Assembly: GCA_046262595.1 (NCBI GenBank)
Contig: JBHEMM010000011.1
Coordinates: forward strand, 36,823 to 62,487
DNA from: Vulcanimicrobiaceae bacterium
GTDB taxonomy: Bacteria; Vulcanimicrobiota; Vulcanimicrobiia; Vulcanimicrobiales; Vulcanimicrobiaceae
Direction of reading: 5' to 3'
Length of the DNA stretch: 25,665 nucleotides
How positions within the stretch are numbered: the stretch's first letter is position 1; every line of letters begins with the position of its first letter. Positions 1 through 8,489 of the stretch are shown here, one piece after another. Position numbers and translations under genes: made by a program. Below the pieces are notes generated by a model that made no database searches, was not told where the DNA came from, and saw only the letters and a list, made by a program, of their open reading frames with translations.

Positions 1-1304
1 CCGCCGATGCCATGCTTCCCGTGCAGCTGGCGCCGCTCGCGATCGTTACGACGGCCGAGCCGAATTTCTCCATCGGCACACTGCGCGCGGTTCCCAAAGA
101 GATCGTGGAGGCGGGTGAAGAGATCGAATTCGTGCTGCATCTGCGCAACAGCGGCGATGGGCCGGCACGGCGTGCGCGGCTGAGCGCCGACCGCAGCGAC
201 CTGCTGATTTATGTGCCGAACAGCACCAGCGTGAACGACGTCCCCGTGCGCGACGTCGGCGCACAGTCGCCGCTGATGAACGAACGCGGCTTGGTGATGA
301 GCGACGTCGATCCGGGCGTTGAAGCGACGGTCCGCTGGCGCGAGGTCGTCAACAATGGCGTAGGCTCCGGTGCCGCAATCGTGCGCGCCGTCGCGATCGC
401 TTACGACTCCGAGCGCATCGACACGATAGCAGCCGGCGAAGTGAAAGTGCGCTGCGCACCGGCATTCGCGAACACCATCGCGGGTTTACCGTTCGGATTG
501 GACGGCATGCCCGGTCCCTCGCTCGGCCGCACGCAGCGCGCGCTGACCGGCTCGGAGTTCATCGAACTGCCGCCTGCGACGCCCGTGCTGCGGCCGGAGT
601 TGGCGCCCCGCCCGGTGCTTTCGCTCACGGCGAGCAACGGGAACGGCAACGGCAGCGTCTCCCGCCGGCAAGAGAGGCGCGACGAGCCGGCCGCCGGCGT
701 GGATGTCCTCACGGCGTTCGATCGCGATCGGCTCGACCGCACGCTGCGGTTTTTGAGCGATGCGCGCTTCAACGGTTTGATCACGCATGCGTTTGCCGTG
801 CGCTCGTTCTTCCCCGACGCGGTCGGCGGTCCGACGGAAGCTGCGCTGCGCGACGTTCGCGAAACGATGCGCGAGTCGCTCGATCGCATCTACATCAAAC
901 TGCGTCTGCCCAACTATGTTTTGGCGCCGCGCGACGTGGAAACCAAAGCCGCGCGTGCCGCGCTCGAAACGCTGCTCGGCAGCGCCCAGGCCGATGCGGC
1001 GGTGGAGCGCGCGGGTTCGGTGCTGCTGCACGGTACGGTCGACCCCAGGGAACTGCACGCGCTGCGCGACCGTTTGGCCGACGCACCGCTGGCAACGGCA
1101 TTACCTTGGGCAATTTTGTCGCGGCTGATGCCATCGGGCAGCGAGACGTTGGCGCATTACCGCACGATGCTCGTTGCGGCGTTCGACGATCTGGCCGATG
1201 CGGACGAAACGGCGTTCATCGATGCGCTGCAGCGCCGCGGGTATCCGCTGCTCGACGCGGCGCTGGACATCGTGCGCGCGCAACTCTCCCTGGCTGACGC
1301 ATGA
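1..1304 (+). CDS. DUF11/Ig-like repeat protein with conserved C-terminal helical domain (5'-truncated; paralog of 1755-4988)
   Basis: Frame is open from the window edge (A-D-A before the ATG at 12). DUF11-like repeat 'VEAGEEIEFVLHLRNSGDGPA...YVPNSTSVND', then a Pro-rich linker, then a C-terminal domain that aligns with the 1755-4988 protein. Confidence 0.75.
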   Translation, partial: ADAMLPVQLAPLAIVTTAEPNFSIGTLRAVPKEIVEAGEEIEFVLHLRNSGDGPARRARLSADRSDLLIYVPNSTSVNDVPVRDVGAQSPLMNERGLVMSDVDPGVEATVRWREVVNNGVGSGAAIVRAVAIAYDSERIDTIAAGEVKVRCAPAFANTIAGLPFGLDGMPGPSLGRTQRALTGSEFIELPPATPVLRPELAPRPVLSLTASNGNGNGSVSRRQERRDEPAAGVDVLTAFDRDRLDRTLRFLSDARFNGLITHAFAVRSFFPDAVGGPTEAALRDVRETMRESLDRIYIKLRLPNYVLAPRDVETKAARAALETLLGSAQADAAVERAGSVLLHGTVDPRELHALRDRLADAPLATALPWAILSRLMPSGSETLAHYRTMLVAAFDDLADADETAFIDALQRRGYPLLDAALDIVRAQLSLADA

Positions 1305-1708
1305 GCGTCACGGTGATCGCCCTCTTGGCGCTCTTCGCCGCCGGCGCCGCGATCGGATTGTATGCGTGGCTGGCTAAAGCGAAAACGCCGGCCGCCGCTC
1401 TCGAAGCAGCGCCGTCCGAAGAGCCGTGGCAGGCCAGCACGGGTTGGACCGCGCATGCGGGCGAGGAATTTTCCGGCTTATCCGAAGCCGCGCGCTGCGA
1501 TCTGATCTTCGCGGTGAGCGATTTGCACGACGAACGCTCGGGTGCGCTGCTCGCTCACGCGCTCGACGATCCGTCCGACGCGGTCGCGCTGGCTGCGGCG
1601 CACGCGCTCGGCGCGCGCGGCGAACACGAGGCGGTGGAGGCGTACGCGCAAAGCCATCCGGGCGCCCGCGCTCAGCGCATTCTTGACACACTCGCGCTGC
1701 TGCGCTAA
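1301..1708 (+). CDS. Small membrane-anchored HEAT-repeat-like protein
   Basis: ATGA overlap with the upstream stop. N-terminal hydrophobic helix (VIALLALFAAGAAIGLYAWL). HEAT/PBS-like segment 'LLAHALDDPSDAVALAAAHALG'. Confidence 0.75.
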   Translation: MSVTVIALLALFAAGAAIGLYAWLAKAKTPAAALEAAPSEEPWQASTGWTAHAGEEFSGLSEAARCDLIFAVSDLHDERSGALLAHALDDPSDAVALAAAHALGARGEHEAVEAYAQSHPGARAQRILDTLALLR

Positions 1709-1754
1709 ACGGCCGCCCAGGGCCGTGCGCGCGCGCAAAGAACGTCCGTAGCGG

Positions 1755-4700
1755 ATGGCTGTACCCGAACGGGCTCAACCCAGTGCGCTAACCGGCGTTT
1801 TCGCTCCCGGCTCTTTGCCGCTTATGGAGACGCTGCGGACGCTTGTCGTTACGCCGTCCCGCGCCGTGACTCCGGGCGAGTTGCTTCGCGTCGAATTCGC
1901 TTTTTCCAATCTGGGCGGCGCTCCGGCCAGCGGCGTGCGCGTGCGGTTTGCGACGCCCTCGGGCGTCACGCACGTCGCGGGCAGCGACGCGGCCGACGAT
2001 GGGGCGCTGGAAAGCGGAACGTTTACCGGGCCTTCCGGCGCAGATCTGGGCGAACTCTCGCCTAACGCGCAGCGGCGCGTGGCATGCAGCTTCCGGGTGA
2101 ACGAGCGCGTGGAAGACGGCTTGGAGCTGATCTTCCAAGCCGCTCTGGTGACCGATCAGACGCCAGTGGTAGCCTCGAACGTCGAGCGCATCGTCGTGCG
2201 CAGCGCGCCGCAGTTGCAGAATCCACAAACGACGCTCAAAATTGCGGCGCCCGATCGCCTCAAGCCCGGCGACCTTATCGCCGTGCGCGCGAGCATTGCA
2301 AACACGGGCTCCGCAAGCGCGCGCGACGTGCTCGCCGTCATTCCCGTTCCGGCGCACACGCATTACGTTCCGCGCAGCGCCCGTGTCGCCGGCCGGGCAT
2401 TGCTGGACGCGGGCGATGAGCCGTTCGACTATTCCGCCGATCAAGTCGTCGCCGCAAATCTTTCTCCGGGAACCAGCGTCGACATCGAATACCAGGCGAT
2501 CGTCAATACGCCGCTCGCCGACGGCGCGCGCATAACGGCAACGGCGGCTATCTCGTCGCGCGAAACGGGTGAGTTCACGATTGCCGCGGACGCAATTGCG
2601 GTGCAGTCGCTTCCACATTTCGCAAACGACGAAACGGCACTCACGGTGTTCTGCGATGAATTCGTGTCGCCCGGAACGCGCGTGCCGATGACGGTGCGCG
2701 CGTTCAACAGCGGCACCGGTGAAGCCGAAAGCGTTTCGGTTACGGTCGATCTTCCGGCCGGCATCGCGTACACTCCAGGATCCGCGCACATTGACGGGCA
2801 GCCGGTGAGCGACGAGGCTTTTTCCGCCGAAACGTTTGCGCTGGGCACGCTTGCGGCAGGCCGCGTCGTCGAGGTGGGCGTTGCCGGCATCGTCGTCGTG
2901 CAGCAAGGCGATGAACTGCCGGTGACCGTTACCCTGCGGTGGAAGGGCGGCGAACGCAAATTCAACCGCCGCTTGCGCGTGCGCTTGAGTTCGCGGTTCA
3001 CCCGCGCGCGCAACTATTTGGAAGTGGATCGTACGATGGCGCAAGCGCGCCAAGACGTGACCTACACGGCGCGCGTGTTCAACGACGGCACGTCGGCGGA
3101 GCAGGACGTGCGTTTGCGCGTTATTGCCGGCGCGTTTCTGGAAAACGTCCGCATTGCGGAAATCGCCGACGAGCCCGTTCCGTACACCGAGCCGTTTTCA
3201 CTGGGCATCGTGCAACCGCACGCCGAGCGCGTGTTCACCATTCAAGCGCGGACCGCTTCGCCGGTCCCCGATCGCACGCAGCTCACCCTGGGCGCGGTGC
3301 TGGAGTTCGACAGCGGCACATTCGATTTGGGTGTCGCCAACGTTATTGCGCGTTCTCGGGCGCACGTCGCTGCACAAGCGTGCACGTGGCTGCGCGAACA
3401 GTCCGCCGACTTGCGTCCCGGTCAAACGCACGAGATCACCATCCGCTTCACCAACGATGGCGCGGATGCACTGCGCGGCGCGCAGCTCGATCTGCTGCTT
3501 CCGGCGGAACTGGTGCTCGAACGCACGCAAAATGCGCGCCGCGACGGCTCGGCGTTGCAGTTCGGTGCCGTTGCAGCAGAGACGACGCATGAAGCGCGCC
3601 TGAGCGTTCGCCTTGCGCGCGCGCCCAGGCGCGATCGCGTGCTGACCATCGAAGGCGTTCTCACCGGACGGGGGATCAGCCCCGTCCAGTTCGAACCGCT
3701 TTCCATCCCAACGCTTGCCGAGCCCGACTTCGCGCGCGACGCGCTGCTGCTTTGCAATCCCGGCGAACACATCAAAGCCGGCGAGCGCGTCGCATACGAA
3801 CTGCACGTGCGCAACGGCGGTGACGGCGCTGCGCAGAGTCTGCTCGTGCGCGCGGTGCCGCCGAATCTCGGCGTGTACATTCCGGGCAGCACGCAGCTCA
3901 ACGGCATCGCCATCTCCGACGATCTGGGCACCTCGCAGCTGTGGTCGCAGCGCGGTTTGGTCCTCACCGACGTGAATCCCGATGTGGAACTGCGCGTGCG
4001 CTGGGAGATGCTTGTGATCTCGCCGGTGGCCGCCGGAACGGCGATTGACACGCGCGTGATTTTGGAGTGGGACGGCAATCATTCGCTCGCGCTCTCGGCG
4101 CCGACGCTGCACGTGCTCTCCTCGCCCTCGATGCAAGCCGGGGCGGCCGGCACGCCGATCTCCGTCGCGCAGCTCTCCGCGCTGAAAACGCCGCCGCCCG
4201 AAGCGATGGTGCCGCCGCCCGAGCCGGTGCGCGAACCCGCGCGTGCGGTATTGGTCGCTCCGCAGCCGGAACAACCCGCAGACGGCATTGAGGAGGAGCC
4301 CGCGCAGATGCCGGCGCTCTTCGCCGACTTCAGCGCCGAGCAGTTGGCGCAAATACTTCGCACTCTCGAGAAGAGCGACGCCGGCGGTCTGGTGCCGCAC
4401 ATCTTTGCCGTGCGCGCGCTTTTTCCAGGCTCGATCGCGGGCGCCGATCCGAAAACGGCGCAGATCATTCACAATGCCGGCATGGCGATCCGCGCGCCGC
4501 TTGATCGGCTGTTCGTGCGTTTGCGCGTTCCGCGTTTGACGATTACGGCGAAAGATTTGGAAGATCGCGAGAGCCGCTTTGCGCTGCGCGATCTTACGTC
4601 GGCAGTCATCTGCGCGCCTGCGTATCCGCTTGACGAGCGCCCGTCGGGTGCGGTGCGCTTGAGCGGTATCGTGGACGTTCCGGCGCTCAAAGCACGTTAT

Positions 4701-4988
4701 GACGAGCTGGAGGCCGCGCCGCTGGGAGCGGTGCTGCCGTGGATTGTCAACGCACAAATGCTCGGAACGCGCATCGAATATAACCGCGGGGGGGGCGCCG
4801 GACATTCGCGCAGCGACGTGCTGGGCTTATACCGCAACGAATTATTAAAAGTGTTCGGCGTGCTCGAAACGCTGCCGATACCGGAGTTTCACCGGGTGCT
4901 CTCGTCGAGCGTGAACCGGACGCTGGACGATGCGCTGGGTGCGGTGCTCGACGCGCTGCGCGCGGCAACGCCCGTTGCAGTCGACTAG
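1755..4988 (+). CDS. Large DUF11/Ig-like repeat protein (about 6 repeats) with Pro-rich linker and C-terminal helical domain
   Basis: 1077-aa ORF with repeated 'PG-x-x-hydrophobic strand-N-x-G ... P ... Y-x-P-G-S' units (PGELLRVEFAFSNLG, PGDLIAVRASIANTG, PGTRVPMTVRAFNSG, RQDVTYTARVFNDG, PGQTHEITIRFTNDG, AGERVAYELHVRNGG). No signal peptide or TM helix seen. Confidence 0.8.
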   Translation: MAVPERAQPSALTGVFAPGSLPLMETLRTLVVTPSRAVTPGELLRVEFAFSNLGGAPASGVRVRFATPSGVTHVAGSDAADDGALESGTFTGPSGADLGELSPNAQRRVACSFRVNERVEDGLELIFQAALVTDQTPVVASNVERIVVRSAPQLQNPQTTLKIAAPDRLKPGDLIAVRASIANTGSASARDVLAVIPVPAHTHYVPRSARVAGRALLDAGDEPFDYSADQVVAANLSPGTSVDIEYQAIVNTPLADGARITATAAISSRETGEFTIAADAIAVQSLPHFANDETALTVFCDEFVSPGTRVPMTVRAFNSGTGEAESVSVTVDLPAGIAYTPGSAHIDGQPVSDEAFSAETFALGTLAAGRVVEVGVAGIVVVQQGDELPVTVTLRWKGGERKFNRRLRVRLSSRFTRARNYLEVDRTMAQARQDVTYTARVFNDGTSAEQDVRLRVIAGAFLENVRIAEIADEPVPYTEPFSLGIVQPHAERVFTIQARTASPVPDRTQLTLGAVLEFDSGTFDLGVANVIARSRAHVAAQACTWLREQSADLRPGQTHEITIRFTNDGADALRGAQLDLLLPAELVLERTQNARRDGSALQFGAVAAETTHEARLSVRLARAPRRDRVLTIEGVLTGRGISPVQFEPLSIPTLAEPDFARDALLLCNPGEHIKAGERVAYELHVRNGGDGAAQSLLVRAVPPNLGVYIPGSTQLNGIAISDDLGTSQLWSQRGLVLTDVNPDVELRVRWEMLVISPVAAGTAIDTRVILEWDGNHSLALSAPTLHVLSSPSMQAGAAGTPISVAQLSALKTPPPEAMVPPPEPVREPARAVLVAPQPEQPADGIEEEPAQMPALFADFSAEQLAQILRTLEKSDAGGLVPHIFAVRALFPGSIAGADPKTAQIIHNAGMAIRAPLDRLFVRLRVPRLTITAKDLEDRESRFALRDLTSAVICAPAYPLDERPSGAVRLSGIVDVPALKARYDELEAAPLGAVLPWIVNAQMLGTRIEYNRGGGAGHSRSDVLGLYRNELLKVFGVLETLPIPEFHRVLSSSVNRTLDDALGAVLDALRAATPVAVD

Positions 4989-5268
4989 TTTTCTTCTCGT
5001 CCTTGCGGTCATCGTGGTCACGGGCGTGCTGCTCTTCGGCATCGGCTCCTCGCTGCTGCGTTCCGTAGACCGCGCGCCCAAAGGGCCGCACTGGCCCAAA
5101 CTCATCGATGAATCGATCGAAAGCCCCGATACGCAGGTGCGGCGCGATTTGATCGAGCGTTTGATCTTAGTGTCCTCGCCGTGGAGCCGCCACATCCTGG
5201 AGAGCGCGCAGCATGAAGAGCGCGATCCCGAGCTGCTCACGGCGATTCGATCCGCGCTCTCCGGTTAA
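4975..5268 (+). CDS. Small membrane-anchored HEAT-like protein (paralog of 1301-1708)
   Basis: Likely TTG start at 4975 overlapping the end of the upstream gene. TM helix FLLVLAVIVVTGVLLFGIG. Shares the gap-free pattern W-x5-E-x9-R-x-DLI-x10-S-x3-L-x2-A with 1301-1708. Confidence 0.7.
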   Translation: MQSTSFLLVLAVIVVTGVLLFGIGSSLLRSVDRAPKGPHWPKLIDESIESPDTQVRRDLIERLILVSSPWSRHILESAQHEERDPELLTAIRSALSG

Positions 5269-7124
5269 GGCTTCTTGTGGAAGTATTTGACCATGATCTC
5301 GCGCGCGATCGGCGCGGCGACTTGCGCGCCGTAGCCGCCCGACCGATCCACAAATACCGCCATCGCGATCTTCGCGTGCGCCGCCGGTGCGTAAGCGACG
5401 AACCATGTCGTGTTCGGGCCCGCGCCGCCGGCCGTCTCCGCGGTTCCCGTCTTTCCGCCAAACGGTAATCCGTCGATCGCCAGACCGTAGGCCGTGCCCC
5501 ACGGCTCGGTCACCTGCGCCATCCCGTCGCGCACCGCTTTGAGCGCTTCCTGGGTGACGGGCACGTGACGGATGACCTGCGGTGAAAACATTTTTATCAA
5601 GCGCCCTCGCGGATCGCGCACCGCCCAAACAACTTGCGGCTTGTACAGCGTACCGCCGTTGATTACGGCCGATTCGACGTTGGCCATCTGCAACGGCGTC
5701 GCTTGCAGCGCCCCTTGCCCGATCGCCAAGCTGCATACGTCCGAAGGTTCGAGCGGAACGCCGGCAGCTTTGAGCATCCACGCGTTCGTCGGATAGTTTC
5801 CCTCAAACTCGCCCGGCAAATCGATGCCGGTCTTCTGCCCGATGCCGAAAGCCTGCGCGTAGCGCCGCAGACGGTCGTTGCCCAAACGGTAGCCCATTTG
5901 GTAAAAATAGCCGTCCGAAGAAGCGGCGAGCGCGTGCACGAACTGCGTGTTTCCGATGCCGCCCGCGGCGATGTCCTGAAACTCGGCGCCGTAACAGTTC
6001 CATGCGCCCGAGTCATAAACCGTTTCATTCACTTTGACGACGCCCGCGGTAATCGCCGCGGATCCGGTGACCATTTTGAACGTCGATCCCGTCGGCGTCG
6101 CAGCGGTGATCGCGCGGTTGAACAGCGGCTCGGACGGATCGAGCAGGTAGTGCGCAACGCGTTTATCGTCGTTTGCGGCAAACGCGTTCGGATCGAAAGA
6201 CGGATAGCTCGCGAGTGCCAGCACGTTGCCGTTCCAAGGATCGAGAACGACGACCGCTCCGCCGACGGCGCGGTGGCCGCCTGTCCATGCGTGAATGCCG
6301 CTTGCGAGCGCCGACTCGACGATCCGCTGCAACCGCCAATCGATGTTCAGCACCAGGCTGTTGCCGGAAACCGCCGGTTTGGCCGGCAGTTTTGCATTCG
6401 GAACGACCTGGTTCTGCGAATCCACGACAACGCGTTGGCCGCCGGGCTGTCCGCGCAGATACGCATCGTACGTTTTCTCGATGCCGTCCTTGCCGATGAC
6501 GTCGTTCTGGGTGTAACCGCGCGCGCGCAACCGCGCATATTCCTCGGGCGTGATCTGGCCGACGTAGCCGAAGACCGCCGATCCAACCGCATGGTACGGA
6601 TAGTTGCGGATCGCTTGAACTTCCAAGTCGACGCCCGGAAGATCGTCGAGAATCTCGGAGAGCCGGCTCACGCGCTTAACGGGAATATCGGTGGCCAGAA
6701 TAACGGGACCGTACGGCTCGTACAGCGCGACTTCATCGAAGTTCTTGTAGTTCACGCCGTGATGGTGCAGTAACTGCGTGCGCAGACGCCCTTGCGAAAC
6801 GCCGATCGTTTGGGAGAGCGTGTGAAGTTCGGCGTCGATGTCCTTGACGACCGAAGGAATCAGCGCGACGACGAACGATGGACGTGAACGCACGACGGCG
6901 GTGCCGGTACGATCGTAGATCAGTCCGCGCGGCGCGGCGACCGGAATGAGCCGGATCTGATTCGCCTGCGCAGCCGAGCGGTACTGCGAGCCGTCGACGA
7001 GCTGGATCTGAATCAAACGAACCAGCACGGCCAGGAGCGCTAACACGAACATCAGCACGAAGAAGCCGATGCGCCACGGCGAGGATTCCCAGCGCACGCC
7101 GCGCCGGCCGTAGGCGGCCTTCAC
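5265..7124 (-). CDS. mrdA: Penicillin-binding protein 2 (class B transpeptidase)
   Basis: N-terminal TM, 'APRGLIYDR' dimerisation-domain motif, SxxK (STFK), SxD (SSD) and KTG motifs. The GTG at 7124 overlaps the mreD stop (GTGA), so the ORF-track start at 7598 is too long. Confidence 0.93.
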   Translation of the reverse strand: MKAAYGRRGVRWESSPWRIGFFVLMFVLALLAVLVRLIQIQLVDGSQYRSAAQANQIRLIPVAAPRGLIYDRTGTAVVRSRPSFVVALIPSVVKDIDAELHTLSQTIGVSQGRLRTQLLHHHGVNYKNFDEVALYEPYGPVILATDIPVKRVSRLSEILDDLPGVDLEVQAIRNYPYHAVGSAVFGYVGQITPEEYARLRARGYTQNDVIGKDGIEKTYDAYLRGQPGGQRVVVDSQNQVVPNAKLPAKPAVSGNSLVLNIDWRLQRIVESALASGIHAWTGGHRAVGGAVVVLDPWNGNVLALASYPSFDPNAFAANDDKRVAHYLLDPSEPLFNRAITAATPTGSTFKMVTGSAAITAGVVKVNETVYDSGAWNCYGAEFQDIAAGGIGNTQFVHALAASSDGYFYQMGYRLGNDRLRRYAQAFGIGQKTGIDLPGEFEGNYPTNAWMLKAAGVPLEPSDVCSLAIGQGALQATPLQMANVESAVINGGTLYKPQVVWAVRDPRGRLIKMFSPQVIRHVPVTQEALKAVRDGMAQVTEPWGTAYGLAIDGLPFGGKTGTAETAGGAGPNTTWFVAYAPAAHAKIAMAVFVDRSGGYGAQVAAPIAREIMVKYFHKKP

Positions 7125-7621
7125 GCCAGCGCGCGCTCTTCGCGGCGGCGCACCAGCGCCAGCGCAATCGCCATGAGCGCCGCATTCATGACGGACATCC
7201 AAAGCGCTTGGTGAAAATGCACGCGCGCGTACCCGGCGGGATATCCGGCCGTCAGGCTCATCGCGCTCCAAAAGATCAGGGCGCGCAGCAACGTGCACAA
7301 GAACGCGACGGCGGCCGCTACGGGAATCGAATCCGAGAAAAACCAGCGGGAAAGGACGCTCGCCCACAAGGCGGTAAGGGCAGTCGAAATCGTCCATGCG
7401 CCGCCCGTGATGTCGAACGCGTCCTCGCATGCGCCCGCCGCGATGCCGAACATGGCAGCGCGGCGCCAGTCGGCGTGCAGCGCATACCAAACCACCAGCA
7501 CCAGTACCAAGCTCGGCTCCGCATTGCGGAACGTCACGTAATGCATGATCTCGATCTGCAGCAGCAAGGCTCCGGCCAGCAGCAGCGCCGCAGCCCACCA
7601 GGCCGGCCCCGCGAACGGCAT
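7121..7621 (-). CDS. mreD: Rod shape-determining protein MreD
   Basis: Multi-TM protein with 'PSLVLVLVVWYAL...AAMFGIAAGACEDAF', lying between mreC and pbp2. ATG at 7621 chosen; start uncertain. Confidence 0.85.
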   Translation of the reverse strand: MPFAGPAWWAAALLLAGALLLQIEIMHYVTFRNAEPSLVLVLVVWYALHADWRRAAMFGIAAGACEDAFDITGGAWTISTALTALWASVLSRWFFSDSIPVAAAVAFLCTLLRALIFWSAMSLTAGYPAGYARVHFHQALWMSVMNAALMAIALALVRRREERALA

Positions 7622-7667
7622 TTCTTTGGCGCCGCTGCGCGTGTTGACGCGTACGCCTGTAGGGTGA

Positions 7668-8438
7668 TTACTTTGGAAGAATGACAACGCGGTCGATGCG
7701 CGAGAAGTCCACGGCGGGTTTAAGCACCGCAGTTTGATACAAGCTGGAGTCGCCGCGTTCGATAGCCACGATCGTTCCGATCAGCGCGCCGGAATGAAAC
7801 GAGCGCGCCTCGCCGGTCACGACACGGTCGCCGGATCGCAGCGGCGCGTCTTGCGAGACGTAGTCGAGGCGCACACTGGTTTGGTTGCCTTTGGCCACGC
7901 CCCAGTAACGGCCGCGCTGAACGATCGCCGGAATCGTGCTCGTAAAATCGGTGAGCAGCGATACTTTGCTGCTGAACGGGCCTGCCTCCACGACGCGTCC
8001 GACGACGCCTTGCGCGGCAAGCACGCCGTCGTCCCGGTGGACGCCCGCGCGCGTGCCTTTGTCGAGCATGACGCTCTGGATGCCGTTTTCCGGCGGAAAG
8101 CCGATGACGCGGGCCGGAATGGCGCCCGGATACTCGGCGAGCCGCGGCGCAAGCGCGGTTTGCGCGTTTGCCGCAGCGACCGCTTCGTTCAAGCGCGCGT
8201 TTTCCGCCTCGAGCGCGGCGTTGCGCTCGCGCAACGTGCCGTTCGACGCCTGCAATGCAGGCAGCGAGGCGATCGTTTGCCCGGTGCCGCGTGCGGCCGA
8301 AACCACGGCCGAAAGCGAATCTTCAAACAGTACGCCGGTGCTCGTCACGGTAGTGGTCAGCGGGCTCGGCTGGCCGGCACGGGAAGCGCTCACTTGCATG
8401 AGCGCGACAAGCGCCGTCACGATAATCACGCCGATCAC
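7668..8438 (-). CDS. mreC: Rod shape-determining protein MreC (true start probably ATC at 8474)
   Basis: TM helix, coiled coil 'LRERNAALEAENARL', 'LDKGTRAGV...GVVGRVVE...SKVSLLTD', and C-terminal 'KPAVDFSRIDRVVI'. Confidence 0.92.
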   Translation of the reverse strand: MIGVIIVTALVALMQVSASRAGQPSPLTTTVTSTGVLFEDSLSAVVSAARGTGQTIASLPALQASNGTLRERNAALEAENARLNEAVAAANAQTALAPRLAEYPGAIPARVIGFPPENGIQSVMLDKGTRAGVHRDDGVLAAQGVVGRVVEAGPFSSKVSLLTDFTSTIPAIVQRGRYWGVAKGNQTSVRLDYVSQDAPLRSGDRVVTGEARSFHSGALIGTIVAIERGDSSLYQTAVLKPAVDFSRIDRVVILPK

Positions 8439-8489
8439 CGCGAACAGTCTGCGCTCGTCCCGATAGGTAAAGATGATGTGCTCCGGTCG

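Noticed and set aside
1709..1754. Short hairpin (ACGGCC/GGCCGT) or ECF-like promoter before 1755
   Set aside because: 6-bp stem with no U-tract, and the -35 AAC element is missing; not supportable.
4788..4795. G8 tract in the DUF11 gene as a phase-variation site
   Set aside because: Short, in frame, encodes a Gly loop; unremarkable at this GC content.
1788..4805. Long antisense ORFs (421 and 535 aa), and similar ones opposite fabF, smc, hisS and obgE
   Set aside because: Shadow ORFs expected from high-GC codon bias; no recognisable motifs.
7125..7598. N-terminal extension of the PBP2 ORF
   Set aside because: Overlaps mreD in another frame. The GTGA-coupled start at 7124 gives a normal PBP2.
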